Shown here piece by piece: positions 20,458 through 29,665 of a stretch of DNA of 64,000 nt; the first letter of the stretch is position 1, and the number at the start of each line of letters is the position of its first letter. The position numbers and the translations under genes were made by a program. Origin of the DNA: an uncultured delta proteobacterium (lineage in GTDB: Bacteria; Myxococcota; UBA727; VGSZ01); contig CAVZJB010000006.1 of NCBI GenBank assembly GCA_963775425.1, forward strand, positions 184,795-248,794. Direction: 5' to 3'. Below the pieces are notes generated by a model. That model searched no databases. It was given only the letters and a program-made list of their open reading frames with translations, and was not told the origin of the DNA.

Positions 20458-21893
20458 GCGAAGTGGCGACGACGTCGGCGATGGGCGACGAAGGGAGCCT
20501 GCGCGCCGTCGGGGACCACGAGCACGTGTCGAACGTGCGGCGCCTGCGCGCGGTGCTCGGCATCGGGCTCATCATGTGGATCGCCGTCGGCGTGCCCGGG
20601 GACGTCCTGGTGGCTGCGACGTTCCCGGGCAGCGACCTGCTCGAGCTCCTGCGCGTGCGCGCGGCGGCGGTGGTGGTGCTCGCGCTCGGCCTGTGGGCGG
20701 TGTCGCGCGAGCAACTGCCGAGCGCGGAGGCGCTGCGCGGCGTCGAGGTGGGGACGTTCACCGCGTTGGCGGCTGCGACGGCGCTGTTGCTCGTCGGCGA
20801 CGTGGGGCTCGCGAGCCCGACGGCGGCGCAGCTTTCCTGCATCCTGCTCGCGCAAGGCACAGCCTTTCCGCGCCCGTGGCAACGTGGCGCGCTGGCGCTG
20901 GCGTGGACCTGCCTGGCGTTCCTCGTCGTCGTCGCGGGAGCCGTCGCCGTCGACCCGCGCATCGCGGCGCAGGCGGCGCAGGCGGCGCAGGCCCGCCTGT
21001 TCCTCGCCGGGCTGTGGTCGGCGCTGTGCTCGCTCGTGATCCTCGTCGTCGGTGGCCACGCCGCGTGGGCGCTGCGCCGGCGCGCGTTCGCCGCGCGGCA
21101 CGTCGGCCGGTACCAGTTGAAGCGCAAGCTCGGCGAGGGTGGCATGGGCGAGGTGTGGGTCGCGTGGCACGCGGGACTGAAGCGGGACGTGGCGGTGAAG
21201 GTGCTGCGGTCGTCGCGGTTTCGGTCCCGCCGCGACCGCTTCCTGCAGGAGATCGAGGCGACGTCGCGGCTGTGCCATCCGAACACCGTGCGCGTGCTCG
21301 ACCGCGGCGTCGCCGACGGCGACCACTGGTACTTCGCGATGGAGCTCGTCGACGGAAGCACGCTGCGCGCTGTCGTGGACGCGGAGGGGCCGATGCCGGC
21401 GGCGCGCGCGGTGCACATCGTGTCGCAGGTGTGCCGCGCGCTCGCGGAGGCCCACGGCCTCGGCATCGTCCACCGTGACCTGAAGCCGGACAACGTGCTC
21501 GTCGTCGAGGTGGGGGCGGAGCGCGACTTCGCGAAGGTCTGCGACTTCGGCCTCGCGCACATCACCGAGGCGTCGTCGCTGCCGGTGGTGACGACGTCGG
21601 GGCCGCTCCCGCGTGAGCGGCTCGGCTGTATGCGCTGGGCCGCGCCCGAGCAGCTCCGCGGCGGCGACGCGGACGCGCGGGCCGACGTGTACGCGCTCGG
21701 CGGGCTCCTGGTGTTCGCGTTGACGGGGACGGCGCCGCGCGACGCGCCGGATCTCAGCCGGCTCGAGGGCGACGTGCGGCGGGTCGTCGAGCGCTGCCTC
21801 GCGCAGCACGCCGGCGACCGATACGCCGACGCCGCCGAGGTCGGCAGAGCGCTCGACGCGACCGCGGTCGCCGGCCTGTGGACTCTCTGCTAG
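20454..21893 (+). CDS. Membrane-anchored Ser/Thr protein kinase (paralogue)
   Basis: TM helices, LGEGGMGEV, VAVK, HRDLKPDN, DFG, WAAPE; ATGA overlap. Confidence 0.9.
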   Translation: MSEVATTSAMGDEGSLRAVGDHEHVSNVRRLRAVLGIGLIMWIAVGVPGDVLVAATFPGSDLLELLRVRAAAVVVLALGLWAVSREQLPSAEALRGVEVGTFTALAAATALLLVGDVGLASPTAAQLSCILLAQGTAFPRPWQRGALALAWTCLAFLVVVAGAVAVDPRIAAQAAQAAQARLFLAGLWSALCSLVILVVGGHAAWALRRRAFAARHVGRYQLKRKLGEGGMGEVWVAWHAGLKRDVAVKVLRSSRFRSRRDRFLQEIEATSRLCHPNTVRVLDRGVADGDHWYFAMELVDGSTLRAVVDAEGPMPAARAVHIVSQVCRALAEAHGLGIVHRDLKPDNVLVVEVGAERDFAKVCDFGLAHITEASSLPVVTTSGPLPRERLGCMRWAAPEQLRGGDADARADVYALGGLLVFALTGTAPRDAPDLSRLEGDVRRVVERCLAQHAGDRYADAAEVGRALDATAVAGLWTLC

Positions 21894-21902
21894 ACCGCGC
21901 GC

Positions 21903-23105
21903 ATGACGAGGCACCCCCACGATCTCCGCTGGTCGAGCCCGGCGGTTCAGCGCGCGCGCGAGCGCGAAGAGAAGCGCCAGTTGCCCCACGAAGGCGTGGA
22001 CCTGGACGTCAAGATCGACGACATCGATGAAGCGGGCGTGGACGTCCGGCAGACGGTGCCGGCGGCGTTCGTCTCGGAGCTCCTCGACGACGGCAAGGAG
22101 CCGCGCTGGCGCGGCGGCGGTGACGCGAGCGTCGCGCTGCACCTCGAGCGCGAGGCGAGCTTCGTGCGTGTTCGGGGCGAAGCGCGCTTCGAGCTCGTGC
22201 ACCCCTGCGTGCGCTGCTTGAACGACGTGCCGTTCGACATCGCCCTCGACGTGGATCTCCGCCTCGTGGAGCGCCGGCACGCGCCGGAGGTCGAGGCCGA
22301 CTACGTCGATGGGGACGCCGTGGACGGCGACGGCCTCGGCGACGCCGCCGACCTCGAGGACCTGAACGTCGCGTCGTACGAGGCGGGCGTCGTGCGCCTC
22401 GGGGAGCTGCTGCGCGAGCAGCTCTTCCTCGATCTGCCGATGCACCCCGCCTGCGACTCTCCGCGCGCGCGGCCGACGGCGCCGTGCTCTTTCGACGAGG
22501 AGAAGGTCTCCGCCAAGGCCCAGGGCTGGGTCGATCCCCGTTGGGCGGGCCTCGCCGCGCTCCGCGACAAGCTCCCCGAGGTGGTCCCGCTGCCCGGCCG
22601 CGCCCCCGTCCCCCTCCCGGGCCGCTCCGCCCCGCCGGCGACCCCGCCGCCGACGCGCGCGACCCTCGCCGCCGCCGCTCCGCCGTCAGCGGCGACCCGG
22701 CCGGCCCTGGTGACGGTGCCCGCGTCGCCCGAGAAGCCGTCGCCGACGAAGGCGTCGTCGAAGAAGGCGTCGTCGAAGAAGGCGTCGTCGAAGAGGGCGT
22801 CGTCGAAGAGGGCGTCGTCGAAGAAGGCGTCGTCGAAGAAGGCGTCGCCGAAGAAGGCGTCGCCCAAGAAGCCGTCGACGAAGAATGCGTCTCCCAAGAA
22901 GGCTTCGTCGAAGAAGAAGGCGTCGTCGAAGAAGAACGTGTCGAAGAAGAACGTGTCGAAGAAGAACGTGTCGAAGAAGAACGCTTCGTCGAAGAAGGCA
23001 TCGTCGAAGAAGAGCGCTTCGTCGAAGAAGAGCTTTTCGTCGAAGAAGGGCGCTTCGCCCAAGAAGAAGGCGTCATCCAAGAAGAAGCTGTCGAAGAAGA
23101 GATAG
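21903..23105 (+). CDS. yceD: YceD/DUF177 family protein with Lys/Ser-rich C-terminal tail
   Basis: PCVRCL, LLREQLFLDLPMHPAC, VDPRWAGLAALRDKL; then a Pro-rich linker and KKASS repeats. Confidence 0.85.
   Translation: MTRHPHDLRWSSPAVQRAREREEKRQLPHEGVDLDVKIDDIDEAGVDVRQTVPAAFVSELLDDGKEPRWRGGGDASVALHLEREASFVRVRGEARFELVHPCVRCLNDVPFDIALDVDLRLVERRHAPEVEADYVDGDAVDGDGLGDAADLEDLNVASYEAGVVRLGELLREQLFLDLPMHPACDSPRARPTAPCSFDEEKVSAKAQGWVDPRWAGLAALRDKLPEVVPLPGRAPVPLPGRSAPPATPPPTRATLAAAAPPSAATRPALVTVPASPEKPSPTKASSKKASSKKASSKRASSKRASSKKASSKKASPKKASPKKPSTKNASPKKASSKKKASSKKNVSKKNVSKKNVSKKNASSKKASSKKSASSKKSFSSKKGASPKKKASSKKKLSKKR
22749..23100 (+). repeat. Coding 15-bp repeat (KKASS/KKASP/KKNVS)
   Basis: AAGAAGGCGTCGTCG-type units repeated about 20 times. 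Confidence 0.9.
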
Positions 23106-23337
23106 CCAACGAGTGTCCACCAAAGCGGATCAGCTTCAGCTCAGACACATCGGCGCAACGCGGTCGAGCTGAAGGACGCTCGGCGTACGAAGGAAGGCGC
23201 TGTGCGTTTTTCGCGGTGTAGCCGTTCGATTTCACCCCGCGTCTCCGCAGGCGCACATCGCGTCCCCGTCGCGGCGGGCGCGTCGATCGCGGCTGGCACG
23301 ACCGGCGCATCCCTCGGAGCAAATGCGCGGAGTACCC

Positions 23338-24181
23338 ATGGACGGTTTGTTGGTCCCCTTCGACCCCGGTGCATCGTTCGACGCGCCACGTCGCCGACGT
23401 GTCGCGCGCCGTCGCCGCGCGGTCGGGCGCCTGCGCCGCAGCTACCACGGCCGCGCCGTGCTTCACCCCGTCCACGGCATCGCGCTGTTGGCCGTGTGCG
23501 TCCTCGGCAGCGGCGTCGGACTGCTCGTCGGCCTCGCCGTGATCGAGGGCTTCTTCCTCGGGCTCCTCCCGCGGGCCGAGCGGTTCCGCCGCCGGGTCGA
23601 TCGGGAGGAGCGGGCGATCGAGGCACGGCGCGCGAGCGAGGAGCGGCTGCGGCAGCTCAACGGGATGCACGAGCAGGAGCGCGTCGAGTACCTCCACCTC
23701 GACAGGCTCGCCCAGATGATCCGCAACCGGGTCGGCCGCACGTCCGCGGCCCGCCGCGCGCTCGAGGATCACATGCAGCTCGACCGCCTGCTGAGCCTCT
23801 ACGCCGACGTCGCGGTCGCGTACGCCGAGGCCGACGACCTGCGCCGGCTCGAGGTCGCGCCGCCGCTGAAGCGACCACGAGGACCCCAGCGAGGCCGCGG
23901 ACGGCCCGCGGGTGCGCGCGCTGCGCGAGCAGAGGCGCGCCATCGCGCGCATCCGCGTCACCGTGGCGGCGGAGAACGACGAGCGCCTGCGAGCGCTGCG
24001 CGCCCAGCTCGCGCTCCTCGCCGACATCCTCACGCTCCTGTTCGAGCGCAGCGCCGCCGCCGTCGTCGACGACGCCGTCCTCGAGGAGATCGACCACGCC
24101 GTGGCGGAGGCCGAGGAGGCCGACTCGCTCGTGCGCGAGCTGGCGTCGCTCAAGGATCCGGCCGTCGCGCTCCCGGCGTGA
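23338..24181 (+). CDS. Hypothetical membrane protein with coiled-coil C-terminus (one-base frameshift near 23870)
   Basis: Hydrophobic segment HGIALLAVCVLG...; protein-like sequence switches frame at ctgAagc into ...RALREQRRAIARIR...ALPA*. Confidence 0.6.
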
Positions 24182-24262
24182 GTTGTGCGCCTGCGCCCAC
24201 GCCCGGCGGCACGCGCGATGCAGCGTCACGCTGGCGGACAAGCTGACGGAGCGAGGTGCCCG

Positions 24263-24631
24263 ATGACGACGACAAGGCGACTGTTTCGCGACGAGTGGCA
24301 ACCGTATTTCGACGACTTCACCAAACGCTTCCTGCGCGACGAACGCGAGCAGACGGTCCAGCTCGAGCTCCTCTCTCAGAGCCTCGGCGACCAGATCGCG
24401 GTGCGCGACACCGCCTTGCGCGGCATCTCCTGGGATCCGAAGGACATGGTCCTCGAGGTCGTCCTCGAGGACGAGCTCGATCACCTCGTGCTTCACCCGA
24501 AGCAGGTGTCGGTGATCGAAGAGGACGACGGCTTCGTGAAGACCATCGACGTCGAGCGTGACGACGGCGCGCACGAGATCATCGAGCTGCGCCGCTACGC
24601 GCCCCTGGTTCGCCCCGAGACCCGGGTCTGA
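24263..24631 (+). CDS. DUF5335-like protein
   Basis: EWQPYFDDFTK, ELLSQSLGDQ, LRGISWDPKD, LDHLVLHP. Confidence 0.7.
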   Translation: MTTTRRLFRDEWQPYFDDFTKRFLRDEREQTVQLELLSQSLGDQIAVRDTALRGISWDPKDMVLEVVLEDELDHLVLHPKQVSVIEEDDGFVKTIDVERDDGAHEIIELRRYAPLVRPETRV

Positions 24632-24643
24632 GCCGGGGCAGCC

Positions 24644-26185
24644 GTGCTCGGCCTGCTCCCCCGCGACCTCGACCTCGGCGCGTTGCCGGGGATGCTCGCG
24701 GCGCGCCACGCGAGGCACGCGGCGCTCGAGGTGGACGGCAGGGTCCGCAGCTTCGCCTCCGTCGAGGACGAGGTCGGCAGGCTCACGGCCGCGCACCGCG
24801 CGCACGGACACCTCTACGGGGCGCGCGTGGGCGTGGCGCTCTCCGGCATCGACGTCGCCCTGCACGTGTGCGCGCTCGTGCGGGCAGGGGCGGTGGCGGT
24901 GCCGGTGAACCCGCGGCTGCCGTGCGCTGAGATCCGCGCGCTGCTCGAGGCGGCCGGCGCCAGCGCCGTCGTCGTCGACGATCTCGCGCTCGACGGGGCG
25001 CTCGCCGGCGGCGCCGCGCGCGTGTGTCCGCGGCGAAGACTGTCTTCGTGGCTCGACGCGAACCCGCGGGCGTCGTCGTCGCCGGAGCCGCGCCGGCGGC
25101 CGCAGGCGACGGCGGTGGTGTTGTCGACGTCGGGGACGACGGGCACCCCCAAGCTCGCGCCGCTGACGAGCGCCGACCTCCTCGCTTTTCCGCGCATGCT
25201 CGTCGAGGCGCCGCGGCTCGTCGGCCACCGCCGCGTGCTCTCGGCGCTCCCGATGACCCATGTCGCGGGGTTGCAGGCGCTCTTCGGCTCGTGGTGCGCG
25301 GGCGCGTGCTTCACCCACGTCGACGGCTTCCGCGCCGCCGACGTCCTCGACGTCATCGAGCGCCGGTCGCCCGACGCCTTCGTGGGCGTGCCGACGATGT
25401 ACGCCGACCTCGAGGCGGCCGGCGCCGACGCGCACGACCTCTCGAGCGTGATGCTCTGGGTCTCCGGCGCCGACGCGATGTCCGCCGCGCGCGCGCGCCG
25501 CTTCCAGGAGCGAGGCGCCCTGGTGCGCGCGGGGAGGCGGCGCCTGCTGACGGCGGCGTTCGCCGACGTCTACGGGATGGTGGAGACGGCGGGGGCGGTG
25601 GCGGTGCGCTTGTATCCGCCCGCGCCCCGGGGGCTGCGCGCGCCGGTGGTGGGGGTGGTGCTGCCGCACGTCGAGGCCCGCGTCGTCGACGACGACGGGC
25701 TGCCGGTGGCGCCGGGGGCGGTGGGCTTGCTCGAGCTGCGACGCCGCGTGCACGGCGCGGGCCGCGGCCGGCATGCGCGCGACGCGCAAGCGACGGTGAT
25801 CGCCGCGGACCGCTGGCTCGCCACCGATGACCTCGTCAGGCTCTGGCCCGGCGGCGTCATCGCGGTGGTCGGCCGGCGGCGGGAGCGGCTCAAGGTCGGC
25901 GGCTTCTCGGTCTTCCCCGGCGACGTCGAGGACGCCATGCGCGCGTACCCCGCGGTGCGCGACGCCGCGCTCGTCGGAGAGCCCGACGCCCGCCTCGGCG
26001 AGCACCCGGTCGCCCTCGTCGTCGCCGACGGCGCCCTCGACGCCGACGCGATGCTCGCCTGGTTGAAGGGGCGCGTCGCCGGCTACCAGCGCCCGACGCG
26101 CGTGGTCGTCGTCGACGCGCTGCCCCGCACGCGCGCAGGCAAGGTCGACCGCGACGCCGCCGCCCGGATCGCCCACGCCGCCTGA
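24644..26185 (+). CDS. Class I adenylate-forming enzyme (acyl-CoA synthetase)
   Basis: STSGTTGTPK, YGMVET, WLATDDL, GRRRERLKVGG, LPRTRAGKVDR. Confidence 0.88.
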   Translation: MLGLLPRDLDLGALPGMLAARHARHAALEVDGRVRSFASVEDEVGRLTAAHRAHGHLYGARVGVALSGIDVALHVCALVRAGAVAVPVNPRLPCAEIRALLEAAGASAVVVDDLALDGALAGGAARVCPRRRLSSWLDANPRASSSPEPRRRPQATAVVLSTSGTTGTPKLAPLTSADLLAFPRMLVEAPRLVGHRRVLSALPMTHVAGLQALFGSWCAGACFTHVDGFRAADVLDVIERRSPDAFVGVPTMYADLEAAGADAHDLSSVMLWVSGADAMSAARARRFQERGALVRAGRRRLLTAAFADVYGMVETAGAVAVRLYPPAPRGLRAPVVGVVLPHVEARVVDDDGLPVAPGAVGLLELRRRVHGAGRGRHARDAQATVIAADRWLATDDLVRLWPGGVIAVVGRRRERLKVGGFSVFPGDVEDAMRAYPAVRDAALVGEPDARLGEHPVALVVADGALDADAMLAWLKGRVAGYQRPTRVVVVDALPRTRAGKVDRDAAARIAHAA

Positions 26186-26244
26186 TCGGCGACCGGAGGG
26201 AGCGGCCGCGCTTCGCAGTCGCCCCTCGAGGTGGCCCCGGCTCG

Positions 26245-26300
26245 TCTCACGCCGCCTGATGGGCTGATCATCTCTCACGCCGCCTGATGGGCTGATCATC
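26245..26300 (+). repeat. Perfect 28-bp direct repeat x2 (TCTCACGCCGCCTGATGGGCTGATCATC)
   Basis: Copies at 26245-26272 and 26273-26300. Confidence 0.9.
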
Positions 26301-26358
26301 GCCCTCGATGGAGGCGCCGGCGCGCCCGGCGCGGCGGGGGGCGCGCTATCGTCCCCGG

Positions 26359-27753
26359 ATGCGCTCCGCCGCCCTCCCCGTGCTCGCCCTCTTCGCCCTC
26401 TTCGCCCTCCTGGCCCTCCCGGCGTGCCCCGCGCCGGGTGACGCGGCAGAGGGCGAAGGCGAAGGTGAAGGCGAAGGCGAAGGTGAAGGCGAAGGCGAAG
26501 GCGAAGGCGAAGGTGAAGGTGAAGGTGAAGGCGAAGGTGAAGGTGAAGGTGAAGGCGAGGGGGAGGGCGAGGGCGAGCCCGCGGCGCCGACGGTCGTGTT
26601 TCCGAAGGCCGGCATCGACGCGAGCGAGCTGGGTGTCGTCGTCAACACCGCCGACCCCCAGTCCGTCGCCGTCGCCGCCGCCTACGTCGCCGCCCGCGGC
26701 ATCCCCGAGGAAAACGTCGTCGAGGTCGACATCCCCACCACCGCAGTCATCAGCCCCGATGACTTCGCCTCGGCCAAGGCCCTCGTCGACGGCCTCCCCG
26801 CCACCGTCCAGGCGCTCGCGCTCACCTGGACCCAGCCCTACGGCGTCGGCTGCATGTCCATCGGCACGGCCTTCGGCATCGCCTACGACGAGGCCCGCTT
26901 CTGCAGCGTCCCCTGCGCGCCCACCGAGTCCGAGCCCCTCTATGACGCCGACACCCACGCACCTTTCACCGACCTCGGCATTCGCCCCGTCATGATGCTC
27001 GCCGCGGAGAGCGTCGACGACGCCACCACGCTCATCGCCCGCGGCGTCGCCGCCGACGGCACGCTGCCGTCCGGCGCCGGCTTCCTCGTGCACACGACAG
27101 ACGCCGCCCGCACCGTCCGCGACTTCCAGTTCGACGCCATCGTCTCCGAGTGGACCGGCGCCCTCGACCTCCAGAAGGTCAACGACGGCGTCAACGACAC
27201 CGACGACGTGCTCTTCTACTTCACCGGCCTCGCCAACGTCCCCGGCATCGACAGCGACACCTACCGCCCCGGCGCCGTCGCCGATCACCTGACGTCCTTC
27301 GGCGGCCAGGTCCCCACCGCCAGCGGCCAGATGAGCGACATCCGCTGGCTCGAGGTCGGCGCCACGGCGTCGTCCGGGACCGTCGTCGAGCCGTGCAACT
27401 TCGTGCAGAAGTTCTCCGACCCCGCCGTCCTCGTCGACCACTACTTCCACGGGGAGCCGGTCATCGAGGCCTACGCCAAGAGCATCCAGATGCCGGGGGA
27501 GAGCCTGATGGTCGGCGAGCCCTTGGCGAGCCCCTGGGGCGTGAGCACGGCGGCGTTCGACCCCGCCACCGCCACGCTCACCCTGCAGACCAACCTCGTC
27601 CGGCCGGGCCGGGACTACGTCGTGGAGAGCGCCTCGGCGTCCGGCGGCCCCTTCACGGCCGTCCAGGACGTGCGCGTCGAGATCCACCAGCGCGTCACGA
27701 TCACGGTGGAGGACGCCCGGGCCCCTCTGTACCGGCTTGCCGAAGCCCCCTAG
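26359..27753 (+). CDS. TIGR03790 family lipoprotein with poly(Glu-Gly) linker
   Basis: LPAC lipobox, EG tract, LGVVVNTADPQSVAVAAAYVAARGIPEENV, PGAVADHLTSFGG, GATASSGTVVEPC, GEPLASPW. Confidence 0.82.
   Translation: MRSAALPVLALFALFALLALPACPAPGDAAEGEGEGEGEGEGEGEGEGEGEGEGEGEGEGEGEGEGEGEGEGEPAAPTVVFPKAGIDASELGVVVNTADPQSVAVAAAYVAARGIPEENVVEVDIPTTAVISPDDFASAKALVDGLPATVQALALTWTQPYGVGCMSIGTAFGIAYDEARFCSVPCAPTESEPLYDADTHAPFTDLGIRPVMMLAAESVDDATTLIARGVAADGTLPSGAGFLVHTTDAARTVRDFQFDAIVSEWTGALDLQKVNDGVNDTDDVLFYFTGLANVPGIDSDTYRPGAVADHLTSFGGQVPTASGQMSDIRWLEVGATASSGTVVEPCNFVQKFSDPAVLVDHYFHGEPVIEAYAKSIQMPGESLMVGEPLASPWGVSTAAFDPATATLTLQTNLVRPGRDYVVESASASGGPFTAVQDVRVEIHQRVTITVEDARAPLYRLAEAP
26449..26577 (+). 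repeat. Coding (Glu-Gly)n tract
   Basis: GAAGGC/GAAGGT hexamer run. Confidence 0.95.
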
Positions 27754-27806
27754 ATCCCCTAGAGACCCCTCGTTGCCCCGCTGGACGAGCGGTGCGGGAG
27801 GATCTC

Positions 27807-27992
27807 ATGGCGGTTCCCTACGGACGAAAGTCGCGGTCGAAGTCGCGGATGCAGCGCGCCGCGAACATGAAGTACGCGCCCAAGGCGTGGGTGCCGTGCG
27901 GGAACTGCGGTGAGCCCAAGCGTCCGCACTTCGCCTGCGGCTCCTGCGGCGCCTACAAGGATCGCCAGGCGCGCGCCGTCGTCGAAGCGTAG
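27807..27992 (+). CDS. rpmF: 50S ribosomal protein L32
   Basis: MAVP...SRSKSRMQR...CGNCGEPKRPHFACGSCGAYKDR zinc ribbon; GGAGG SD; directly upstream of plsX. Confidence 0.93.
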   Translation: MAVPYGRKSRSKSRMQRAANMKYAPKAWVPCGNCGEPKRPHFACGSCGAYKDRQARAVVEA

Positions 27993-28004
27993 TATTCCCT
28001 CACC

Positions 28005-29078
28005 ATGGACGAGCTGCCCGTCGCTCTGGACGCCATGGGCGGCGACCTTGGACCGGCGCCCGTCGTCGAGGGTGCGCTCGCGGCCATCGCGCACGAAGGC
28101 GCGCGCGTCGTCCTCACCGGGGACGAAGCGCAGCTGAAGGAGCACGTCGACAAGGCGGGCGGCGCGCGCGCGCTCGCGTCGGGCGCGCTCACCATTCGCC
28201 ACGCGCCCGACGTCGTGCGCATGGACGACAAGCCGGTCCAGGCGGCGCGCCGCAAGAAGGAGAGCTCCATGCGCCGCGCCTGCGACCTCGTCGCCGCGGG
28301 CGAGGCGTGCGGGGCGCTGTCCACCGGCAACTCGGGCGCGATGATGGCGGTGTCCCTCCTGGTGTTCGGCCGCATCGACGGCGTCATGCGGCCGGCCATC
28401 GGCACCATGGTGCCCTCGCGCTCGGACATCGGGCTCACCCAGCTCGTCGACGCCGGCGCCAACGTCGACTGCGAGCCCGTGCACCTCGCGCAGTGGGCGG
28501 TGCTCGCGAGCGAGCTCGCGCGCCACGGCTACGGCGTCGACAGGCCCCGCGTCGGCCTCGTCAGCAACGGCGAGGAGGACGGCAAGGGCACCGACCTCAC
28601 CCGCGCGGCGCTCGCGCTCATGAAGCGCCTGCCGCTCGAGCTCGTCGGCTATGTCGAGGGGCGCGACCTCAACACCGGCAACGTGCACGTCATGGTCACC
28701 GACGGCTTCACGGGCAACGTGATGCTGAAGACGGCGGAGGGCGTGTTTCGCTTCGTGCTCGGGCACGTCCGAGAGGGCTACGACACCGGCGGCCCCGTCG
28801 AGAAGCTCGGCGGCCTCCTGAGCCGTTCGATGTTCGAGCGGCTCCGGCAGAAGCTCGACCCGCGCGAGTTCGGGGCGGCGCCGCTGCTCGGCCTCGCCCG
28901 GCCCGCGTTCATCGCCCACGGCTCCAGCGACGCCTACAGCGTCCGGCGCGGCGTCGGCGCCGTGCGCGACTTCGCGCGCGCGGACCTCATCAAGCACATG
29001 GCCGACGCCATCGAAAAGACGCTGCCGCTCCTCGACGAGGGGCACGGCGCTGCGCGCGTGGAGAAGAGCGGCGCGTGA
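28005..29078 (+). CDS. plsX: Phosphate acyltransferase PlsX
   Basis: ALDAMGGD, STGNSGA, DAGANVD, VGLVSNGEEDGKG, TDGFTGNVMLKTAEG, AHGSS. Confidence 0.96.
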   Translation: MDELPVALDAMGGDLGPAPVVEGALAAIAHEGARVVLTGDEAQLKEHVDKAGGARALASGALTIRHAPDVVRMDDKPVQAARRKKESSMRRACDLVAAGEACGALSTGNSGAMMAVSLLVFGRIDGVMRPAIGTMVPSRSDIGLTQLVDAGANVDCEPVHLAQWAVLASELARHGYGVDRPRVGLVSNGEEDGKGTDLTRAALALMKRLPLELVGYVEGRDLNTGNVHVMVTDGFTGNVMLKTAEGVFRFVLGHVREGYDTGGPVEKLGGLLSRSMFERLRQKLDPREFGAAPLLGLARPAFIAHGSSDAYSVRRGVGAVRDFARADLIKHMADAIEKTLPLLDEGHGAARVEKSGA

Positions 29079-29653
29079 GCGGTCTGCCGTCCACCCCGGC
29101 GGCCGCGTTGGGCAGCGGCATCTCCGCCGTGGAGCTGCCGACCCGGTTCAGGGTGTCTCACGGGCCAGGCATCTTCGAGCTGTCGTGGCGCTGGCGCGAT
29201 CAAGTGACGTGGCGCGACTTCTACGGGCCCATGGCGGGCCTCACCATCGTGGGCGCGCAACTGCCGAACCTCGTGCACATGTGGCACTCGCCGGGGCTCA
29301 TCGTCGGCGTCGGCGCCGTCGGCGGGGTCGTCGCGTACAAGCTCGCGCAATGGCGCATGAACACGGTGACGATCCGCGCCGCGCAGGGGATGCTCACGCT
29401 GCGCCACGCACCGGTGCCTGCGCCCACCCTCGAGATCGCCGTCGACGACATCCACCGCCTCGCCCTCGCCGCGCCGCCGAAGAAGAAGAGGAAGAACGTC
29501 AAGCCGCGCTGGGGCGTCCTCGTCGAGCTGCGCAACGGCAAGCGGCGCGCGCTCGTCGGAAGCATCCTCGCCGAGGAGCAGGCGCGCTTCATCGCGGAGC
29601 AGATCGAGCAGGCGCTCGGCATCCCGCCGTCATCGTCGACGCTCGCTCCCTGA
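29075..29653 (+). CDS. Hypothetical membrane protein
   Basis: GTG overlaps the plsX stop; two hydrophobic segments followed by a soluble domain (EEQARFIAEQIEQALG). Confidence 0.65.
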   Translation: MSGLPSTPAAALGSGISAVELPTRFRVSHGPGIFELSWRWRDQVTWRDFYGPMAGLTIVGAQLPNLVHMWHSPGLIVGVGAVGGVVAYKLAQWRMNTVTIRAAQGMLTLRHAPVPAPTLEIAVDDIHRLALAAPPKKKRKNVKPRWGVLVELRNGKRRALVGSILAEEQARFIAEQIEQALGIPPSSSTLAP

Positions 29654-29665
29654 GCCCGCCCGGGC

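Noticed and set aside
23106-23337. Possible ncRNA after yceD (CTTCAGCTC/GAGCTGAAG hairpin)
   Set aside because: A single 9-bp stem with no recognisable RNA family features.
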